IMG/VR virus record: IMGVR_UViG_2687453592_000007
DNA: 21,500 bases
Origin: an uncultured virus (IMG/VR IMGVR_UViG_2687453592_000007)
Taxonomy: Duplodnaviria; Heunggongvirae; Uroviricota; Caudoviricetes
Reading direction: 5' to 3' (one strand)
The notes under the pieces are model-generated. The model was not told the DNA's origin and searched no databases. It saw only the letters and a program-made list of their open reading frames with translations. Shown here one piece after another: positions 16,027 through 21,500 of the stretch. Made by a program: the position numbers and the translations under genes. Numbering within the stretch: the stretch's first letter is position 1; the number at the start of each line of letters is the position of its first letter.

Positions 16027-16860
16027 GATGATGTGGATGGCCCCTGCTCCCCCGGCGTCGCGATGTGCCATAGTGCAGTTGTCATCGACTGCTGAGAGAG
16101 GAGCCACCCAATGACAGTCAATACGGTCGGCCTGGATTTGGCCAAGGATGTCTTTCAGGTTCACGGGATTTCCGCGAATGGGCGCGTCATTTTCAACAAG
16201 ACGGTGAAGCGCGCCAAGCTTCTGCAATTCTTCGAGGCCCTGCCGCCCTGCGTCGTCGGGATGGAGGCGTGTGGGTCCGCCCATCACTGGGGCCGCGAAT
16301 TGGGCAAGCTCGGTCACGACGTCCGGCTGATGCCTGCGGGCTATGTGAAACCCTATGTGAAGCGGGGCAAGACCGACGCGGTCGATGCCGAGGCGATTTG
16401 CGAGGCGGTGCGCCGACCCACGATGCGCTTCGTCGAACTGAAGACGGAAGATCAGCAGGCGATCCTGGCGATCCACCGCACCCGCGATCTTGTGGTCCGG
16501 CAGCAAACCCAGATCGTGAACATGATCCGCAGCATCTTGCGCGAATTCGGCCACATCCTGCCGACCGGAGTGGGCGCCATCCTCACCTTTGCCAAACGCC
16601 ACCTCGGCGGGGACCATCCCGACATGCCGGAACTGGCCAACGGTATTCTCGGGACGCTGTGCCATCAGCTGGTGGGCCTCAACACCCGGGTCGTCGGCTA
16701 CACCAGGATGATCGAACAGCACGCCATGATGACGGCAGATGCCCGGCGGCTGATGCGCATACCCGGGATCGGTCCGATTACCGCCTCGGCCATCATCGCC
16801 ACGATCGGCGATGCGAAACAATTCCGGACCGGGCGCGATCTGGCGGCCTGGCTGGGTCTG
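16027..16860 (+). mobile_element. Related but distinct IS1111-group element, right part deleted
   Basis: Left end GATGATGTGGATGGCCCCTGC resembles copy 1; no right IR or non-coding region. Confidence 0.85.
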
Positions 16861-16884
16861 TTCCACAACAGGCCCGCACAATAG
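16111..16884 (+). pseudogene. Truncated IS110-family transposase (257 aa)
   Basis: Homologous to 14720-15739 up to AAWLGL, then diverges; lacks the SSGG catalytic serine region. Confidence 0.92.
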
Positions 16885-17118
16885 AAATTTGACGTTTCCA
16901 GCTCAAACCGGAAGTTGAATGATTCATGACATACGACAGCTCAGAGGCTCATTAAATACCCGCTTCCTCTCCGCTATTGACTGCCTCGCCATTTGCAATG
17001 AACATCACAATATAACCAACGGAGAATTTAGCCATGTGATGCTGTCGCATGCTGGAGGCTTATGTCGCGACATTTGGCAGTTTACAATTTTGGCCGCAAC
17101 GAGAACGGAGTCGTCGGG

Positions 17119-17934
17119 ATGGTTTTTCAGTTCATCGTCATCGGCGCAGCGATTGCGACCATTTGGGCGAAGAATGCATACGCAACTGACAACCTCGTTT
17201 ACAGCGATGAGAGTTTCCTGCTTGAACTGGGCTATAATCCTGGAGCTGTAGACGGATTTGCGGATCAAAACACACATAGCGCGATTTCTAGCTCTCAGAT
17301 AGGGCGTGGATCGCTTGTAACCGGTGGCATGGATACGCAGGGGCGCCGGGCACTTGGCCAGGAGATTTTAGAATTTCGTGCGAAACAGGAACAGCATCCT
17401 CCAGAAATTCCGCAAAATCTTCCGAAGGAAACCTTACCTGAAACCATTCGCAGGGAGGTCGGCCACATATGGCTGTTTAGTGATTACCGCACACTTCCAA
17501 TTGGAATGAGCGCATTTTTGGGCCCAGGTCCTGGTGGCGATTGGAGCAAGCCACATCAGTCTTTAGTGTGGTATCGGGTTTATTCTTTGGATGCCTTTCA
17601 CTCGAATGGCGTTGCGGTTCCGCAATATCTAACCGGAGAAGAAAAAAGCCATCCCTTCAATGCGAATGGGATAGGCTTGAATGGACCTTATAGCGGCCCA
17701 GCCCCTGACTTGGCAATGGTATGTGTGGTACACGCTCCACGATCCGCACCAGCCAGGTTAGTCTACAGTTTGAGCTTTTGGCGAGCGGAGCCACTACGCT
17801 TCGACCCTACAACTGGCTCGAAAAGCTACGATGCCACCATAGGGCCCGAGCTTGGCTGGGCCGTTGGCTCAGACCCTTGCCAAAATGCGTTCCAGTCTCT
17901 TGACGCTGACACCAGGGCTGCTTTGCGCCACTAG
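17119..17934 (+). CDS. Putative exported protein with a degenerate peptidoglycan-binding domain (~271 aa)
   Basis: GGAG RBS, hydrophobic N-terminus ending AYA, LLELGYNPGAVDG...T..AI...Q...VTG motif; C-terminal domain unknown. Confidence 0.7.
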   Translation: MVFQFIVIGAAIATIWAKNAYATDNLVYSDESFLLELGYNPGAVDGFADQNTHSAISSSQIGRGSLVTGGMDTQGRRALGQEILEFRAKQEQHPPEIPQNLPKETLPETIRREVGHIWLFSDYRTLPIGMSAFLGPGPGGDWSKPHQSLVWYRVYSLDAFHSNGVAVPQYLTGEEKSHPFNANGIGLNGPYSGPAPDLAMVCVVHAPRSAPARLVYSLSFWRAEPLRFDPTTGSKSYDATIGPELGWAVGSDPCQNAFQSLDADTRAALRH

Positions 17935-18185
17935 GCTGGAAATTATTTTCTTTTTTGAGTTCTGAAAATTGGCTTCGCCAAAGCACGGCTTCCGAGCCAG
18001 ATGAGAGCAGAAAGATGGCCAGAAGAAGTGCAAGCCTGAGGAAACACTCACCTAACTGCAGCGGGTAGATGTTGGGTTTCACATGGCTGGTATATTTTTG
18101 ATAAATCCCAGAAGATGGTGAATGCACTCATTCACCGCTGGTATCCGTCAGGATGTGATAGAATGGCCGCACGAATGGCGGGCAA

Positions 18186-19073
18186 TCAGGAAGATTTATT
18201 TCGCCGCTTCCCCGCAATGGACTCCAATAGCTCCGGTGAGCTGGATGCAATTTCTTTTCCGATTCGCATCAAGTATATATTTATTCGGCGGATTCTATCC
18301 CGAGGCAACAGTGTCTCAGCAAGCAAGTCACGCCCCGCCTTCCCTACAAGAACTACCGCCAATTGCGGTAGCAAGGGCATCCAGAGTTCTGATTGGGGGT
18401 TGACCAAACCATTGGACCCACCGTTCCCGAGCCGCGCGACAGCGGCGCTCGATAGGATGAACGAATGATGTCTTTCACACCGAACCCATCGGACTGATCG
18501 CTCGTGTAGTAGTTTCAAAAATTGTTCCGAAGGGCGTAACGCGGCTTGAACTCGCGCTGAACGAGAAAGTAGCTCCTGCTGGGAGGGATCTTTTATTTTC
18601 TTAAGAAAGTTGCGACCCGCAGGAGTTAGATTAAATATATCCAAGGGCAAATTTTCCACGGCATCTTGCACCATCTGGCGTGTGCGGCTGGCTTGGTCAA
18701 ACTCCGGAATGAAATCCGGCGTTCTCTTTAACATCTCGGCAATAACTTCGCGCAGAGAGTGCTCAATTTTCCCTTCAAGCGTTGGAAGTTTTCCCTTTTC
18801 AAACGCAATCTTAAGCTCAGGGAGTAGCTCTCCTAGAAAGTTATCAATGGGACCGTAGTGGTTTCGCTCCACCTCGTCTGAAGGACGACCTTCGTTGTAA
18901 ATTGTATAGTAGTTTCGGCGCTGAAAGAACGTCCTAATATTTCGGATTCTCGGGTTATCGTATTCGCCGCTGCGAGTCTTCTTCGCGTACCACAGCTGCT
19001 GTTTTCCGGAGGCAAAGGCGCGCTGCAGAGCTTGAGGTATATAATGATGGCCTTTGCTGCGTTGATTCTTCAT
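18186..19073 (-). CDS. DUF4238 domain protein (~295 aa)
   Basis: N-terminal HHYIPQALQRAF, FFQRRNYY, VERNHYGPID, FILSSAAV, LWMPLLPQLAV, RRIN motifs. Confidence 0.85.
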   Translation of the reverse strand: MKNQRSKGHHYIPQALQRAFASGKQQLWYAKKTRSGEYDNPRIRNIRTFFQRRNYYTIYNEGRPSDEVERNHYGPIDNFLGELLPELKIAFEKGKLPTLEGKIEHSLREVIAEMLKRTPDFIPEFDQASRTRQMVQDAVENLPLDIFNLTPAGRNFLKKIKDPSQQELLSRSARVQAALRPSEQFLKLLHERSVRWVRCERHHSFILSSAAVARLGNGGSNGLVNPQSELWMPLLPQLAVVLVGKAGRDLLAETLLPRDRIRRINIYLMRIGKEIASSSPELLESIAGKRRNKSS

Positions 19074-19610
19074 CAAATCTGCCGCCAAGCATATTTTCGA
19101 GTGAATTCCTGAACTCGAGATGCTCACGATTCCGGAGGAATATATACGCCCGCATGTCAAAGTAAAGTAACTATCATTTTATTCTAAGGAAATTATTGAC
19201 ATTATGAAGGCCTAGGCATCCAGTCTTGGTATCTTCGGTAACGAGTAGGCGGCTGAATTTGGCGACGCAGGTCGCTGGTGCGTTGAAGATCAGTTCTCGG
19301 AAATCTCCACCTATGCTCGGTGAGGATCTTGAAAAGTAGCTTCTTGCCCAAAGTACCAGCGTCTGCCGGGTGGCCCGGGGAGATCTCAGAGGCCTGACTC
19401 GTCCGGTTCGGGGCTGCGACCGGCAACCCGCTGCACGAGGCACGAAGGACCGGTTTGGGCCGTGAGCGACGCCGCGCGAGGGGCGATCAGGCGCTTGCCC
19501 CTGCGGCGCGGCGAAGGTCGGGAACGAGCCTATTCCGTTGAAAAACGCGACTTGTCCGAAGGTCTGACCGTTGATTCAATATCGCTGCAACCGGCTCGAA
19601 ATACCCGCTG

Positions 19611-20297
19611 ATGGCTTACCTGTTCTTCCTCAAGGACATGGACCGCTTCATGCCGATCCAACCCACCGGCTTCGACCGTGTCTTCGGTGAGATCGGCCTG
19701 GAATTCCGCACCCTGCGCAATTGTACCTGGGAGAACTACAGCCATTTCAACGGGATCCTGAACGCCCTACGCAAGCCGATCGCAGATCAGGCCAAACTGG
19801 AACACGTCCGCCTTATCGACGCCCATTCCCTGCTGTGGCCATTCTCGACCCTGTTGGGGAGGGAAGCCAAGGGCGACTTGGCCAATGGTGAAAGGGCCGA
19901 CGCGCGACACCTCGGAGCCAGGGAAAAATCGATTGCCGACATTAAGTATTCGGTGGGCAAGACGGTCTTCAACTCCAACGGCCAGGTGATCCCTTCGACC
20001 GTCAAGAACAAGGAGCTGCATATGTCCGACGCCGAGTTGGACAAGCTGATCCGGGACCTTCTCACCATCCAGGAAGACCGCTGCGCCATCACCGGCCTGC
20101 CGTTCCAGTTCCGGGGCGCACAGACGGACGACAACATGCTGCCCTCCTTGGACCGCATCGACAGCAATGGGCACTACGCCAAGGAGAACCTGCAGTTGGT
20201 CTGCCGTTTCATCAACTTCTGGAAGCAGGCATCTGATGACGGTGAGTTCCGCAGGTTGGTTGGCGTCGTTCGTGGCGATGATATGGAAGGTGGATAG
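19611..20297 (+). CDS. Protein with C-terminal HNH-like nuclease motif, probably N-terminally truncated (228 aa)
   Basis: QEDRCAITGLPF...PSLDRIDSNGHYAKENLQLVCRFINFWK; no RBS, and the frame is open only a few codons upstream. Confidence 0.75.
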   Translation: MAYLFFLKDMDRFMPIQPTGFDRVFGEIGLEFRTLRNCTWENYSHFNGILNALRKPIADQAKLEHVRLIDAHSLLWPFSTLLGREAKGDLANGERADARHLGAREKSIADIKYSVGKTVFNSNGQVIPSTVKNKELHMSDAELDKLIRDLLTIQEDRCAITGLPFQFRGAQTDDNMLPSLDRIDSNGHYAKENLQLVCRFINFWKQASDDGEFRRLVGVVRGDDMEGG

Positions 20298-20397
20298 CAC
20301 GCACCGAAACTACGGAACGAAAAATACAGATACCAGATCGGCCCATTGCCGCCGTTGGCCGATGTCTAGCAATGCTGCGGTGCGGCCCGTCAGAGGA

Positions 20398-21500
20398 GAT
20401 GGGGTGGATGGCTCCCGCTCCCGGCGTCGCGATGCGCCATACTGCAGGTGTCAGAATCTGCAATTGAGAGGAGCCACCCCATGCAAGTTACCACTGTCGG
20501 CCTCGACCTGGCCAAGAACATCTTTCATGTCCACGGAGTTACCGAGACCGGAGAGGTCGCCTTCAATCGGCCTTTACGCCGGGCGCAGGTGCTGGCGTTC
20601 TTCGAGCGACTGCCGCCCTGCCTCATCGGCATCGAAGCCTGCGCATCGAGCCACCACTGGGGCCGTGAGCTTACGAAGCTCGGTCATACTGTCCGGCTGA
20701 TGCCGCCGATGTACGTCAAACCCTACGTGAAACGGGGCAAGTCCGATGCGGTCGATGCAGAAGCCATTTGCGAGGCCGTGACGCGGCCGACGATGCGGTT
20801 TGTCGAGATCAAGTCCGAGGACCAGCAGGCGCTTCTCTCCTTGCATCGCGCACGGGACTTCGTGGTTCGACAGCGCACTCAGTTGATCAACATGCTCCGA
20901 AGCCTGGCCGCGGAGTTCGGGATCGCCATCGCTCGGGGCGTCGCGCGGGCCATCGATTTTGCGAAAGGGATCATCGAGGGCAAGCAGTCCGGGTTCCCCG
21001 AGCTCGCCCAGGACGTTCTGCGGGTCCTCAGCCGTCAGCTGGTCGAGCTCCACAACCGCTTTCGCTGGTACGAGATCACGATGCGTATCCAGGCTCGTCT
21101 CAGCCGCCAGGCGCAACTCCTGCAGAGCATTCCCGGAGTTGGGCCGGTCACCGCCTCGGCCGTGGCCGCCACGATCGGATCGGGTCACCAGTTCAAGAGT
21201 GGGCGGGAATTTGCGGCGTGGCTTGGTCTGACACCGCGCAACCACTCCAGCGGTGGCAAGGAGCGCTTAGGGAAGATCACCAAGATGGGCGATCGGTATC
21301 TGCGTCAGCTTATCGTCGTCGGCATGACATCGCGTGTGCGGCAGGTCTCCAACCATCCGGAGCGTGCCGATCCCTGGCTGACGAAGCTGCTGCAGAGGAA
21401 GCCTGCCCGGCTCGCGACCGTCGCCATGGCGAACAAGACGGCGCGGATCATGTGGGCGGTGCTGACCAGGAACGAATCCTACCGACCTCACACAGCCTGA
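20398..21500 (+). mobile_element. IS110-family (IS1111 group) copy 2; right end beyond the window
   Basis: Matches copy 1 from AGATGGGGTGGATGG onward (offset 5761). Confidence 0.95.
20481..21500 (+). CDS. IS110-family transposase, same protein as 14720-15739
   Basis: Identical translation. Confidence 0.97.
   Translation: MQVTTVGLDLAKNIFHVHGVTETGEVAFNRPLRRAQVLAFFERLPPCLIGIEACASSHHWGRELTKLGHTVRLMPPMYVKPYVKRGKSDAVDAEAICEAVTRPTMRFVEIKSEDQQALLSLHRARDFVVRQRTQLINMLRSLAAEFGIAIARGVARAIDFAKGIIEGKQSGFPELAQDVLRVLSRQLVELHNRFRWYEITMRIQARLSRQAQLLQSIPGVGPVTASAVAATIGSGHQFKSGREFAAWLGLTPRNHSSGGKERLGKITKMGDRYLRQLIVVGMTSRVRQVSNHPERADPWLTKLLQRKPARLATVAMANKTARIMWAVLTRNESYRPHTA

Larger units (their letters stand above)
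7159..21500. mobile_element. Element 2: degenerate prophage/genomic island; right att not seen in window
   Basis: att core followed by a second integrase, phage gene remnants, IS110s and cargo genes; right boundary unknown. Confidence 0.6.

Noticed and set aside
19174..19443. Short minus-strand ORFs, possibly a transposase tail
   Set aside because: No motif I can assign with confidence.
19534..19592. CCGTTGAAAAAC...GATTCAAT as a possible IS end truncating the HNH gene
   Set aside because: No partner inverted repeat or transposase in the window.
1..21500. CRISPR array or rRNA
   Set aside because: No regularly spaced repeat-spacer units and no rRNA-like sequence seen.

Overview
GC-rich accessory region, probably from a Rhodobacteraceae-like alphaproteobacterium (inferred from gene types). 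It consists of tandem phage-related islands integrated at a tRNA-Cys(GCA) site. Two identical 64-bp copies of the tRNA-Cys 3' half (310-373, 7159-7222) bound a complete 6.9-kb satellite-like element. That element carries a tyrosine integrase, small phage genes, an XRE repressor, an AbiF-family HEPN gene with an upstream structured RNA, and a broken ClpP-protease/major-capsid gene. A second element starts at 7159 with its own integrase. It contains a two-gene TPR cassette, collapsed prophage remnants (terminase, primase, tape measure, Dam, DUF1524), two identical IS1111-group IS110 copies plus a truncated relative, and lower-GC cargo (PG-binding protein, DUF4238, HNH-like fragment). Three observations stand out. 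(i) An ORF is completed in frame only across the excised circle junction (attP), coupling the integrase operon to the capsid module. (ii) A likely abiF RNA antitoxin lies upstream of the Abi gene. (iii) Bridge/seekRNA guide sequences readable in the IS110 non-coding end match the actual insertion flanks.
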